64,000 bases of DNA from the human T2T-CHM13v2.0 reference genome, Homo sapiens, in assembly GCF_009914755.1 (NCBI RefSeq), contig NC_060938.1; one strand, given 5' to 3'. This document shows, piece by piece, positions 1-12,110 of the stretch; position 1 is the first letter of the stretch, and every line of letters begins with the position of its first letter. A program made the position numbers and the translations under genes. The notes beneath the pieces were generated by a model. That model ran no database searches, was not told the origin of the DNA, and was given only the letters and a program-made list of their open reading frames with translations.

Positions 1-1397
1 ATAATTACAAGTGCCCTGAAGAGTTTATCATCTATTCCCTCAGCTTACTAAACATGTCTGGGGAGCTACTCCTTGCCCGTATCAGGGGAGATTTATGTTG
101 TTGTTACTGTAATTATTATCTATGAGTGCTCGTGAATAATGGTTCATAGAATTGTATTCTTTCGAACAGACTAGAGGCAACAGAAAATTGATCCATTAAA
201 AACTGTGCTTTTCTTAAACTTCTCAATTTGGCCCCTCTCCTTTTTTCTTTCTGCACTCGAAGACAACAATTTAGGATCCTAAAGTTGCCAGAATTACTAA
301 GCACTAATAATATTAGGGAAAGGCATTTGGCAGATCTCAGCAACTTTCCCTCCCAGTCCTACCCAGTTGTATTCAGGCCCAATTTCTGGTCTCAGACCAG
401 ACTTCGAAGAGCCTGGCCAGACTGAGGGAAGTGAGTCTCATTAACCCCTGTCTCCAACCACAGGGACTCTGCTCATGACCCCTTGAAAACCTGTCAATAA
501 GGAAGGCTAGTATACGCATCCCCATTTTTTTTTTTTTAAAGTAATTGTGGATCTAAGACCCTGGAAGTCAAAGAGAAATCCTGTCAGGCCTCATGGTCCC
601 CTGAGGAGGTCATGGTCTACTTCAGGCCTGACAGCAACTTGGCCAAGTTCACTCTGCTTGGCGATTAGGCAAGACCCATTTATCTCCATTTTAAGGGGGA
701 AAATCCCCTACTGGGATGCTGAAGTAGGCCAGTTTGTCCTGGCTCAGCTGAGCTCAGACTCATTCAGTGGTCTTGCAATTAAGCAGGACTTAAAAGCTCT
801 TTGGAATGACTTCCCCTGGCAGATATTGCTGAAATGTGAGAGAGTATTTCTGGTATACATGGTAGCCTTGCATCGAATTATCCCAGCAGAATGTTTGAAA
901 TGGAAAAAGTCAATGCTATGTTGGTGACATTAAAATTGTCTCTTTGGCTGAGTGGTTAATCTTCTTTCATTGTTTAAATGTGCCTACAAGGCCCAGGAGA
1001 GTCACAAATCTGCGCGAAGGGGAACACTGCTCTTAGAATTAGCTGGCAGATATATGGCTTTTCTGACTGCTGGTGAGGAGGCCGTACAGGCTGTGCATTA
1101 CTTATGCCATCAATACTTGGGAGTCACCATGACCCATGTCCTGAATAGGTGCCCCTTTGACAGGAGCATAAGCAGAATTGGCCCCCAAAGGCACGTTGCT
1201 TTTGAGACCAATCAGGCCATTTCTAGTTTGGCCTCTCCATGGTGAAATGAGACATAATGTCATTTTAGGACAACATCGGTCACCCACAGAGCCATGTAAA
1301 AGGCCTGATAGCCTTGCTCAGACCACACATAGTTAGATTTGTTTCTCACCTTTCTGGAATAAATGGAATGTGACTATGTAGCAAAAGCAAAAAGGTA

Positions 1398-1600
1398 CTC
1401 TGCCAGCAGATAGATCTGGTGTGGGATACCAAGTCTTCTTTTTTATGGATGTGAGATCTTAGGTTAAGTAACAACATTTCTCTGGGTCTTGGTTTTCTCA
1501 CCTAAAATGGGGCTAATAAGACCTACTCGACAGGTATTATTGTGGTGAGGGTTAAATGAAATAATGTATGCAGAGCACACAATGCACACTCAATTGTGTT
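1398..1600 (+). mobile_element. MIR SINE (diverged)
   Basis: MIR core-like text: tttctctgggtcttggttttctcacctaaaatggggctaataagacctac...gtgagggttaaatga. Confidence 0.7.
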
Positions 1601-1754
1601 TGCTCCCTCCCTTTCCTTCTCAGCAAGGCAGGAAGCTGACATGTTTGGTCATTATATTGTCTCTATTTGCAGTCATCAATAATAGTTGTGTTTCTCTTTG
1701 TGTACAGCCGAACAATACTAAGGCTTGCTTTGGCTTCTTTCTCTCAATAGTATT

Positions 1755-1985
1755 AATTCATTCTTTTATTCATTTATTCAGCAAACATGTATTTTTCTGG
1801 TGCTATGCAGGTGCTGGGGACACAAGGTTGAGCAAGTTAGACTGTACCTGTCCTCATAGAGCTTCTAGCTGATGACCAAGGCAAACAGAGCCCCTCTAAA
1901 TCCCACAACCTGGCTTAGCAGGTGGCTGGGGAGGCTCCCAAAGGAAGTGGTGTTTGAGTGAGACCTGAAGGAAATAGGGATATTT
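1755..1985 (-). mobile_element. L2 LINE 3' fragment
   Basis: ttcattcttttattcatttattcagcaaacat...gctggggacaca...cctcatagagcttctagc is the reverse complement of the L2 3' end. Confidence 0.7.
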
Positions 1986-2229
1986 GGCCACATTCCCTCC
2001 TTCTGTTGACTTCATGACCAATAATGGACATTTATAAATTGGCTGGAAAGGACCACTCAAGGCTTATCAGACAGAAAACAAATCCACAAAGAAATTGCCT
2101 TTGTTATTTCTGTTCTCTAACTAACTAAGATAGCCAGCCATGTCCTCAGTGTCAAGTTTGAAGTGGAAGTAGAAAGGAACTCAACTAAGCCCAGAGTTTG
2201 GCAACTGACAATAGATGAAATTGGCATTG

Positions 2230-2580
2230 CCAGTTTTACACACATCAAACCTTAAGATTTTGCATATTGCTTGACTTGGAAGTTCCACTTCTGGCTAATT
2301 ATACTATGAAACTAATAACATTTGTACAAAGATTTGACTACGGAATGTTGTTTGCCAGATTACCTTAACATGAAGTTTGAGATAATCTAGACCCTCCGAA
2401 ATAGTAGATTGGAGAAATAAATCCTGTAAATGCATTCAGAGGAATGATATGCAGCCATATAAAATAATATTGTAGAAAATATGTATTAACATGGAAAGAT
2501 GTTCATAATATATATTCAATTAAAAAGGGAAGTTAGTAGCACATGCAGCATGACTATATTCTTTCTTGGAAGAAATCTGA
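2230..2580 (+). mobile_element. Old L1 (L1ME-like) 3' fragment
   Basis: tatgcagccatataaaataat...aacatggaaagatgttcataat resembles the L1ME 3' region; boundaries approximate. Confidence 0.5.
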
Positions 2581-2586
2581 AAAGAA

Positions 2587-2593
2587 TAAATAC

Positions 2594-2631
<38 letters not shown>

Positions 2632-3152
2632 GCACACACACTCATATGTGTATATATATATACACATATAAATACCTTTATAATAAATACCTTTATATAT
2701 ACTTGTAACAATATTATGTATCACATATAACGTAATATATATTAATAACTATATAACATATTTTGTATATAATATAATTATATATCATATAAGGTATATT
2801 TCTTTTATATATAAAGGTATTTATGGACATGTATACACATATGTATATGTACATACATATGTGTATACATATTATATATAAAGGGATTTATTATAAAGGT
2901 TACAAAGATTTATTACAAAAATTTGACTACAGTATGTTGTTGCCAAGTTAGCATAAAGTTTGAAACAATCTAGATCCTCCAAAATAGTAGATTTTTTATA
3001 TATATGTATATACATACATATATGTGTATAAAGGTATTTATATACATATATACACATATATGTACATATAGTAACACCTTTCTATATATAAGATATATAA
3101 TACCTTTATATAATATATACTTTTATATATACACATATATATATAAAAGTAT
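2587..3152. repeat. Complex TA-rich microsatellite including (TA)17 at 2597-2630
   Basis: Directly visible TA/TATG/TACA low-complexity tract. Confidence 0.95.
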
Positions 3153-3256
3153 TAGAAATCATCTCTGAGTTATAAAACTAAGAATGATTTTTACTGCCTT
3201 TTCTTGTTTATTTTTACCACACATTCTGAGGAAAAATCACAAAAAAATAGAGCTTT

Positions 3257-3982
3257 CATATGAAAAGATGGTCAACATTATTAGTCATTAGAAAAATGCA
3301 CATGAAAACCACAGTGAAATACCACTTCACATCCACTAGGACAGCTATTATCAAAAAGATAGATGATAACAAGTATCTTCAAGGATGTGAAGTAATCAGA
3401 AGCCTTATACATTGCTGGCACAGCCATCTTGGAAAACAGTTTGAGAGTCTCTCAAAAAGTTAAACATAGAGCTTCCATATGCCCCAGAAATTCCGCCCCC
3501 AGGTATACATCCGAGAGAAATAAAAGCATACATCCATACAAAGACTCGTACACAAATGTCATAGCAGCATTATTCATAATAGCCAAGAAGTGGAAACAAT
3601 CCAACTGTCCATCAACTGAAGAATGAATAAACAAAATGTGGTCTATCTATACTACAGAAGATTTTTTGGCTGTAAAAGGAATGACATATCAATGCATGCT
3701 ACAGCACAGATAAACCTTGAAAACATTTTGCTAAGTGAAAGAAGCCAAACACAAAAGGCTCCATACTGTAGGATTCCATTTATATGAAATGTCCAAATAT
3801 GCAAATTCATGTAGATGGAAAGTAGATTAGTGATTGCCAGGGGCTGAAGGTAGGAAGAACAGTGAGTGACTGCTAACTGGTACAGAATTTCTTTCTGGGG
3901 TGATGAAAATATTCTTGAATTAGATGGTGGTGATAGTTACACAATTTGTGAGTATGCTAAAAACTACTGAATTGTACACTTA
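3257..3982 (+). mobile_element. L1MB-like fragment (end of ORF2 plus 3' UTR)
   Basis: ORFs 3260-3463 (MKRWSTLLVIRKMHMKTTVKYHFTSTRTAIIKK) and 3429-3626 (AALFIIAKKWKQSNCPS) resemble the L1 ORF2 C-terminus; typical L1M 3' UTR follows. Confidence 0.9.
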
Positions 3983-4146
3983 TCCCCAAACCCCCCAAAA
4001 GTAGGGCTTTCCCCTCTGCCATTAACTCTTTCACATACTGAAGAGTCACAGTCAAGGTTTCCCCACATACATGAGACCAGTACCCCGGAAGCCCTTTCTC
4101 TGTCTTCAGAACCACAGGAAGTACAAAGTTCAAAATGTATGAACAC

Positions 4147-4660
4147 TGTGTTTTTATTTTCTGTATTTGGATGCTTTGACATCTTGGGATTTTGCTAACC
4201 CTGTAGGGACTGACTCTCCCAGGGCTACCTAATTCCTAGAGATAGTAAACAAATAGCCTGAGAGCGTGCCTTTCATACGCAAACCAGCCCATCCAGAGCC
4301 CACACCCCAACCTCTTCCTTTATGGCTCTCACATTCTGGGCCACTCTCCCCTTCCCTAATCATCCCAGAGCCAAGTACCAAAATACCAGGCAATGCTATT
4401 CCCCAGAGTCTGCTGAAATTATTCAAACTAGTGAATCCTAAACCTGCTCGCCTTGCCTTGCTTGTTTCTTCCCGCGGAAACCACAATAGAAATTCTTGCC
4501 CACCACATATTCTCTTGCTCCTGTTTCCTCCTGTTCCGCCAGTGCCTCCTGTTTTTAGAGCTCTGTGAGTATAACAAACTTCTCCCTTCATGGCAGTCAT
4601 TTCCATGTCTACGTGTCTTACCATACCTGATTAAAACAAATCTTGGGTAACCTTAAGTCA
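4147..4660 (+). mobile_element. ERVL-class solo LTR, MER74/MER73-like
   Basis: ggatgctttgacatcttggg...aattcctagagatagtaaac...gaaattattcaaactag...cccgcggaaaccacaat matches my recall of MER74-type LTRs. Confidence 0.65.
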
Positions 4661-4933
4661 ATGTACTTCTGGAAGCCTGTTAAGCCCTGGCCTGATACAT
4701 TGCAGGAAGTCACATGACAGTCATAGACATCAGTGCTTCTAGGAGATAAGTAACAGAAAAGGCAATAATTGGTATGGTTGGAATCTTCCTCCAGGACTCC
4801 TGAATCCCATGGTTAGGGACTGATTTTTCACATCCACTTTGTCCACACATAGCAATTACACATTTCTACCCCATTATGTGTTACTCATGGAAACCCAGGT
4901 CTTAAAGTTTCCAGTGTCTCATCTACCATATAA

Positions 4934-5023
4934 ACACACACACACACATGCACACATAAATCTATCACACACATATATATCCCATTGTCTTATTGGTGTG
5001 TGTGTGTGTGTGTGTGTGTGTGT
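4934..5023. repeat. (CA)n tract followed by (GT)14
   Basis: CA repeat at 4934-4948 and GT repeat at 4996-5023. Confidence 0.95.
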
Positions 5024-5745
5024 CTCATCTGTGATGGAGTAGGAAGTAGGAACTGGTTGATTTGGGTTTGCTCTGAATTACCACATCTAACTTGACAAAA
5101 TTAAAATGGTCCATCTTTCATCCTCTTCTTTCTCAAAGTCTGACTAGCCATCTCAGACATAAAATGGGATCAACCCTTAAGGTACTAGAAACAATCCCCT
5201 GACAAAGGTGATTGTCACCGCAAATATGTAGCACACAGCCACACAGTAGACCTCAGCTCCCTTTCCCTCAAACAACACAAGAAGTTTAATTTTTATTGAA
5301 CACTAGTATGTAAGTAAGATACAAACAACTGAATTTGTTGAGCACGGAAGTTGTAAAAGTGCCCTCAAGGTCTTGAAGAAGTAAGTGCAAATTGTGTACC
5401 CTGGGAGACAGGGAGGAGAAGAAAATCAGCCTTGAGAAGGCAAACCCAAACCTGGGTTGAGAGACAGCCATTCCAGGCTGTTTGTGGTCTGATTTCTGCT
5501 GATAATACATGAGTACTCTGTGCATCCTGCCTGTTTTTCCCATTGCCCTTGGAGAATCATCCTGGCCTGACCAGATCCACTAAATAGGAATAAAACCAAA
5601 CCACACAAAATGCAACACCAAAACTGGGTAAGGCTGTACTGTCTTTGATGAAGATCTTTCTTCTCAGACTTACTAAATGAATATGGATCAGTGGAATCAG
5701 AAACAGTCACCAAGATCTCACAGAATTCTTCACCTGAGGTCAATA

Positions 5746-5943
5746 TAGTAGGTCTTCACTTGACATCCTCAGTGGGTTCTTGGAAACTGTGACTTTAAGT
5801 GAAACAAGATATATTAGAAACCAACATTTTTTCCCTCATCAACGTCATGATGAAATCCAATGACATTATTGCAGGAAACGACATTATTCAATGACCTGCT
5901 GTATCTTTGCTTTAAGTCACATTTTCCAAATAAGGATTTACTG
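5746..5943. mobile_element. TcMar-Tigger MITE, MER6B-like
   Basis: ggttcttggaaactgtgactttaagtgaaac at the start, inverted ...aagtcacattttccaa...ggatttactg at the end; TA on both flanks. Confidence 0.7.
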
Positions 5944-5964
5944 TATCTTTGTTTGGAATATGAG

Positions 5965-6058
5965 ATTCCTTATCTGTTAAATAGGGGTAATAATAATAAT
6001 GATTTTGTAGAAATATTGTGAATAATAACAAGATAATGTATCTAAAACCTTGACATGA
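5965..6058 (+). mobile_element. MIR fragment
   Basis: ccttatctgttaaataggggtaataata...gtgaataataacaagataatgtat. Confidence 0.6.
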
Positions 6059-7379
6059 ACCGAAGGAAGGAAAGACAATGTCCCAAACTCATAGGACCTT
6101 GTTAGAAAACTGAGACTCATTTATGCTCCTTTAAGAAAAAAAAAGATAAGAAGAAGGTACAATCTATTTCAAATGATTAGTCATCACATTTTCCTTCTAA
6201 AGAACATTTCTCCTTCTGGTTTTATTTTGGATCCACTACTAATGTGCAATTCCAATCCAGTTTCCCTTCAGCCACTCTCCAGAAGTGCAGTATTGGTTCT
6301 TTGTCTTAGGGATATTTCATTTCCTCAATCATGTTAAATCAAACAAACCTCCCATACCAGCAAACAGAAAGGAGCAGCTCTGGGCCTCTGAACTAATTTG
6401 CACTAGCAAAACTGATCAGGTCTTCCTCCAGTGTCTTAATTAGGAGTCTTAATCCCTTTGATTTAAAACCAGAAGAAATACAGGACGTGATAGAAAATTC
6501 TTAGCATATTTATTCAATACAGACAAATAGGGTTTAGAAAGTTCACTTAATATACAGTATCAACAGAAATATATGTCCCTTTCTTTCTAATAATTCTTCC
6601 AGGATAAAGTGTGGCTCACTCTCAGGTTGGAGCCATCAGTTTTCATGTTCTCTTTCATTTAAAGAGGCAGCTATTTCCAACCCACTCCGTGTTTCCAGAG
6701 ATTTTTGACTGGTTTGCTTTAATTTCTCCTCTGACATAAGGAGAGAGTGGCTCAGAGAATATATGCAATATTATTCACATTGAATTTTTTAAAATGTGAT
6801 GAATGGGTGGTGGTTGACGGAGGCTGAATGTGAGAAAATGAAAATAGAATAACAATGATTATGAACTATCTCTGCAGACTCGAATAAGTCTTTCAATACA
6901 GATGCTAAAATGCCTTGGATTTGGTATAAGGTAAGTTCTTCTTGAACCCTATCCAAGCTGGTTCAGTTCTGGAGGAAACAAAAGGATGATGTCAAGATAG
7001 ACTGATATGGTGCTTCCAAGGGCGTGGCGACATGTATGTTCAGTAAAAGGACAGCAGGGGGCCCAGGTCAGCATCAGTGACATCATCCATTTACATGATT
7101 GTTCAGGCTTCCACGCAGCTTACTTTTTACAAGACCATGTGAATACGGGTATTTATTAAAAACTAGGGGAGGGTGTTGATGACTGGGGGAACTGCAGACA
7201 CTTTCAAAAGGCTTATGTATAGGAGATTCTACGGCTGTGTAGTTCCAGTGCCTTGCCCAGGCCGTCAAGCCATTTTCTCCTACAGAAAAGTGGTCAGATC
7301 CTCAGAAACCACAGCTTCTTAAGAAGAGCACCCATAATTTTGGATGCATCTCAGCACTGAACCCAAGGGATAGTCATTC

Positions 7380-7389
7380 ATGACGTCAT
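7380..7389. promoter_or_regulatory. Perfect CRE palindrome ATGACGTCAT (motif only)
   Basis: Exact CREB/ATF consensus with retained CpG; function not shown. Confidence 0.3.
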
Positions 7390-7744
7390 TCCTAGGATAC
7401 TCTAGAGGAGCCTCAATATGTTGATCTAGTATAGTCTCTAATCATACTTAATAATCAGTGCTCTTGGTGCAAGCTACCTGGGCTCAGGTTCACATTGGAA
7501 CCAGTGGCGTCATGTTCCTTTTCATGTAAAAAGGCAGTCTTTTCAGATCTAATTGTTCATAAATGGAAATATAGCCTAAGTTAATCTATGTTAATAAATC
7601 TTAAAAGAATTAATTTGACTACTTTTAGGAACATGGGGAGTAAGCCTAAATAGGCAAATTATAAAAAAGAAAATAAAACCAAAAATTAACCACAGGTGTT
7701 TAAAATACTCTCTTTAATGTGTGAAATAATGAGCTGACACTATT

Positions 7745-7900
7745 TTTTACATTTAAAAGCCACTGTCATATCTTTTATTTCCTCTTATTATTCTTACAGT
7801 ACCCCTAGGAAGTTGACAGGCCATATTTCTATTTTGCAGAAAAACAAAATAAAACAAAACCGACTCAGAAGGAAAGCTAAGTAACCTGTCTAGAGAAATA
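7745..7900 (-). mobile_element. MIR fragment
   Basis: tattttgcag...actcagaaggaaagctaagtaacctgtc. Confidence 0.5.
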
Positions 7901-9023
7901 CAGAGGGAGGGTTGGAGTTTTTTCTTTCCACTATCAGACTCTAGAAGGATTTGCAAGGAACATATTGGCTGCCTGTGTGTAACTGGGCACTTCTAAAAGA
8001 CTGACAGGTGATACCGAAAAAATGTAATCCTCTGAAATATCTTAAACATCCACCCCTGCAGTTTTGTTTACAACCTGAAGCTGCACCATCCGTTAGGCAA
8101 TGATCTGCTTGAGAAAATTCAAACTTCAAAAATTCACATTCCATCCGAGTTATCAGTAATTCTGAAACTGGTAAAATCTAAGCTAATAAGATTTTATCGT
8201 TTACTGCTCCTTGGCACATAACCACTACACACAATCTAAAGCCTGATATTACACAATTATCCTATAAAGTGGGCATTTTTTTGTCTCCCAAAAGTGCTGC
8301 TCAGCTCCGCATCAAGTGGGTAAAAGCAGGAACATAAAAAAGAGCCTCATGTAACTGTGGTTAACATCTCACCTGGAGAGATGGGGAGGGGAGCAGGTTT
8401 GGATGTTGGCAAATACATTCCCCAGTTTCCCCAACGATGCTATTGATTAGTCTGCTGCAGAACCCAATCATGGGAAGAGACCAGCCGCATAAGCATATGA
8501 AACAATTACAGATCAGCACACCCAGCTGGCTGTCAGCACAGAAAACTGCAAGCACCACTGAATAATTATGGCTTGAGCTATTGATTGGGACCACAGAAGA
8601 GCTTCATCCAAATGCTTTTAATTTGCCAAACAGGGAGAAGTGTGCTGGAGAGAGGCTGCTTCCAATAACTGCATTTCTTCCTCTGCTAATTAAGGGGAGA
8701 GCTTAACAAGGTGGTGGGGATTGTTTTTAAATCTTGCCAAGTTAAATCAATGACCAATTGAAAGGTGGTGAATGAGAGATGAGGGGCTTACCTTACATGA
8801 CTTAAATCATGTGGTCTGGGATGAGTGTGGATCCTATGGAAGGCCCTAGGCTGGTCAAGAACCCAAGACCATCACTGGCCAGAGGGCTCATGCCACACTG
8901 GTAAGAGATGATGGCCCTAAGGCTGAGACAGCAGCTGGAGGCTGAGTAGAGTCAAGGTCTCCTCCTTGGGTTCATACAGTTTTGCTGCCCCACTGTGAGG
9001 TTCGTCTATCCCTTAGTCTCATC

Positions 9024-9057
9024 CATCCTTGGGCCTCATCCTTGGGCCTCATCCTTG
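9024..9057. repeat. Short tandem repeat, 13-bp unit catccttgggcct, ~2.6 copies
   Basis: Directly visible. Confidence 0.9.
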
Positions 9058-9164
9058 ATGAATAACATTATTACCCAATTGGAGCTGATGGGTGATTTTT
9101 TAAAAAACATTCTTATTAACTGAAGGTTATAATTTATTTAGACTGCCTTAGTTTTGACTTAAGG

Positions 9165-9340
9165 TCCTTTTTCTGTTCCGCCCATGCAGGATGCCGCAGT
9201 ACATGTAGTCATCATATCTCCTTAGGATCCTCTAGGCTGTGACAGTTTCTTTGATAATGTTGGCAGTTTTGAGGATTACTGGTCAGGTATATTGTAGGAT
9301 GCTATTGGAATTTTTCTGATGTTTGTCTCATGCTTAGACA
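9165..9340 (-). mobile_element. L1MC-like 3' fragment
   Basis: gacagtttct...gttttgaggattactggtcaggtatattgtaggatg...tctgatgtttgtctcatgcttagac. Confidence 0.65.
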
Positions 9341-9934
9341 AATAAAAAGTACAGGATAAAGTTGGCATAACCAAGGCGAGGAGGTAAAGTTAACTATGGA
9401 TAACAAATGGACTTAGTAATTCCCCTTCCTCAAGCATACCACCCCCTTCCCCTGACACACAAACATTATGTATTCCAAACGGTTTTGTTGGCTGGATAAT
9501 TTTTTTCTCTACTGCCACCTTTCCTACCATTCTTATGTATTAATATCATTTTAAGTCTTTCAAAGGATATTAATCAAGTTTTTATTACAACACAATAAAA
9601 CTCATGGACAGTATGTCTTCACTTTTAAATAAAGCACTTCACATGTGACCCCACATGGTCATAATTATCTTAAGATCCCAGTACTACTGGGATTTTAAGA
9701 TTTGAACAAACTCTTCTCAGAGGTTACAATATACAAAGCTCCTAAGACAACTCCACCTATTTGTACCTCTCAGGAATAGCTTTTAAACTTTAAAAACTGT
9801 CAGATATTCTATCAGATGAAGTGTCCATCATAAAAAGAATAAAAAATTAAATAGAGCTGGAGTTGCTTAACGTAGAGAAGAAAAGACTATGGGTGACCTA
9901 ATTACAATCTTCTTGGATTATGGAAGATTGAAAA

Positions 9935-10152
9935 GAGTCACACAGACCTGGGTTCTAGTCCTGCCTCTACCACAAACTAGCTGTATGACCAAGGGCAAGT
10001 TACTTGACCTCTCTGTGCTTCAGTTTCCCATCTGGAAAATGGGTAATGTAATGCTCACCTGGGAGGGCTGTGGTAGGTTTACAGGGAGGTAATGTATGTA
10101 ATGTGCTTAGCACAGTTCCTGGAACAGGCTGTTATTCAATAAAATTTAGCTT
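9935..10152 (+). mobile_element. MIR SINE
   Basis: actagctgtatgaccaagggcaagttacttgacctctctgtgcttcagtttccccatctggaaaatggg. Confidence 0.9.
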
Positions 10153-10899
10153 CCACCTCACCTGCTACATGATCTTACCTATGATGAAAACAAAACCACT
10201 TAATATTTTCATAAGACTTCATAGCTTAGAAAGCATTTTCTCATAATTTAGGGTGACAAACACTGTCCTACCCCTTCAAAGCCCAAATAAGAGGAAGTAG
10301 ATTTTAATTCAAGGTAATACTGATTTTGGTTAGACAAAGAACATTTTTGGCCATGGAGATAATAAAACTCAAGAACAAGTTTTCTGGGGGCTGTGGACTC
10401 TGTCCTTGGGGGAGATTCAAAAGGGAGTGGGTATCTCAGCGCACACAGCCTTGACTTCACCCCCACCCAACAGCCATCACATTCCTGGCTGGCGGGAATA
10501 ACATTGCAAAGTTCTGGGATGCAGAGGAGGTAAATGAATTGCTCGCTGTGCATCCTCTGGACACTCTAAACCTATTTCCTGCCTCTGGGAATCTTCCAAG
10601 TTCTGCCTCCTGAGCCCACAGTTTCCTGGAGTCACATTTGTGTGGTGGAAATAAATCTTAGTGTATAACCCAGCGTGCAGATAATATCTTTTTTCTGTAT
10701 TTTTAAAAAATAAATCTAAATCCAACTCTGATCCTCCCAGCTGGGCTTGTGAGAAACTCAATTTTAGTCATTTACAGGCTGCTCCCCGGGGTTGCACCAA
10801 GACTCTGGGGTCCCACCTGGTGTTAAAGCATTGGGAAGGCTCTCTGGTCCTGCAAGACTTCCAGGCTGTGTTAGGGGTCCCTGGCCTTATCACAATCAC

Positions 10900-11060
10900 A
10901 GTATTAACCATGCGGATTGCAGTTGTCTGGTTAGATGTCTGTCTCTCCTTTTAAAGAGTGAGTCACTTTGAGGGAAAGAGTTGTGTTTTTTATCATGAGA
11001 TCCCTGGGACTGGTGCATGGACTATTATGTAGCAGGGGCGTGGTGAATGAACAAATGTTT
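10900..11060 (+). mobile_element. L2 3' end fragment
   Basis: tgtctgtctctcc...gagggaaagagttgtgt...gaatgaacaaatg. Confidence 0.55.
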
Positions 11061-11072
11061 GCTTTATAGCAC

Positions 11073-11442
11073 TTAGTCCATTATGTGCTACTGTAACAAA
11101 ATACCACAAACAGAACAATTTATTAAAAAAAAGTAGTGGCTCACAGTTCTGGATGCTGGGAAGTTCAAGATCAAGGCGCGGGCAGGTTTAGGGATTCTGA
11201 TTCCAAGATGGCACCCTGAATGTTTCGTCCCGGGTGCGGGGAGGAATGCTTCATCTTCACATGGCAGAAGGAGGGAATGCAAAGAGGCAAAAGAAGGCTG
11301 AACTCCCCCTTTTATAATGGCATTAATCCCACCCATGAGGGAAGGTGGAGCCTTCATGGCTTAACCACCTCTTAAAGATTCCACTCAATACTGTTACATT
11401 TCAACATGAGTTTTACAGGGGACAAACATTTAAACCATAGCA
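11073..11442 (-). mobile_element. MaLR solo LTR, MSTD/MSTC-like
   Basis: ttagtccattatgtgctactgtaacaaaatacc...caaacatttaaaccatagca; flanking AGCAC 5-bp TSD (11068-72 and 11443-47). Confidence 0.85.
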
Positions 11443-11469
11443 AGCACCTAGTACATTAGATGATTTTTT

Positions 11470-11520
11470 CCCCTAAGACCATGAGCCCCTAAGACCGTGA
11501 CCTTCCCCTAAGACCATGAC
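11470..11520. repeat. Three imperfect copies of cccctaagacc(a/g)tga inside an L2 relic
   Basis: Directly visible. Confidence 0.85.
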
Positions 11521-11704
11521 TGTGAGGGAGAGGACTGTACTTTTACATCTATTTCCTGAATGCGTGTAGGCCTTAATAAATGTGTTCCTTGAGTAAGTGA
11601 TTGAACAGTGCTGCTTTTCTTGCCCACTGCGTTGTCGTGGTTCGTTGGTCTGCACACTGTGCATTCCTCATGGGCAGGGCTCTGTCTTAATCCTGTAACA
11701 GAGA

Positions 11705-12110
11705 CTGTCAACTGTTACCACACCTGTTTTCTCTTTCACAGAGCCCCTGAATTTTAGCTGGGCACTCTTACAGAGACAATGTTTTCCAGACTTTCTTGAA
11801 AGGTCACATGACTAAGTTCTGGCGGAAGAGATACCAGCGCAGTGATGGACACAGCTCACAGGATTCCTTCCGCCCACTGGCTAGGGTGCAGATGTTATGG
11901 GAATTTGTCCTTGACCAAATTCCCCTTGTCCTTGAGAGGAACACCCTAGGAATAGTGGAGCAACAAGAGAGGAGGCGGCTGGGTCCCCAGCACTTTGGGT
12001 CATCCATGTTGGACCTAGGCTGTTGGATGCAAGAGAAATCACTTCTATCTTATTTAAGCCGCTGTACTTGCTGCCTCTGTGACAGCAGCCAAATCTTAAT
12101 CCCGAATAAT
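11705..12110 (+). mobile_element. Old MaLR LTR (MLT1I/J-like)
   Basis: ggtcacatgactaagttctggc...gagaaatcacttctatcttatttaagcc...gacagcagccaaatc. Confidence 0.65.
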
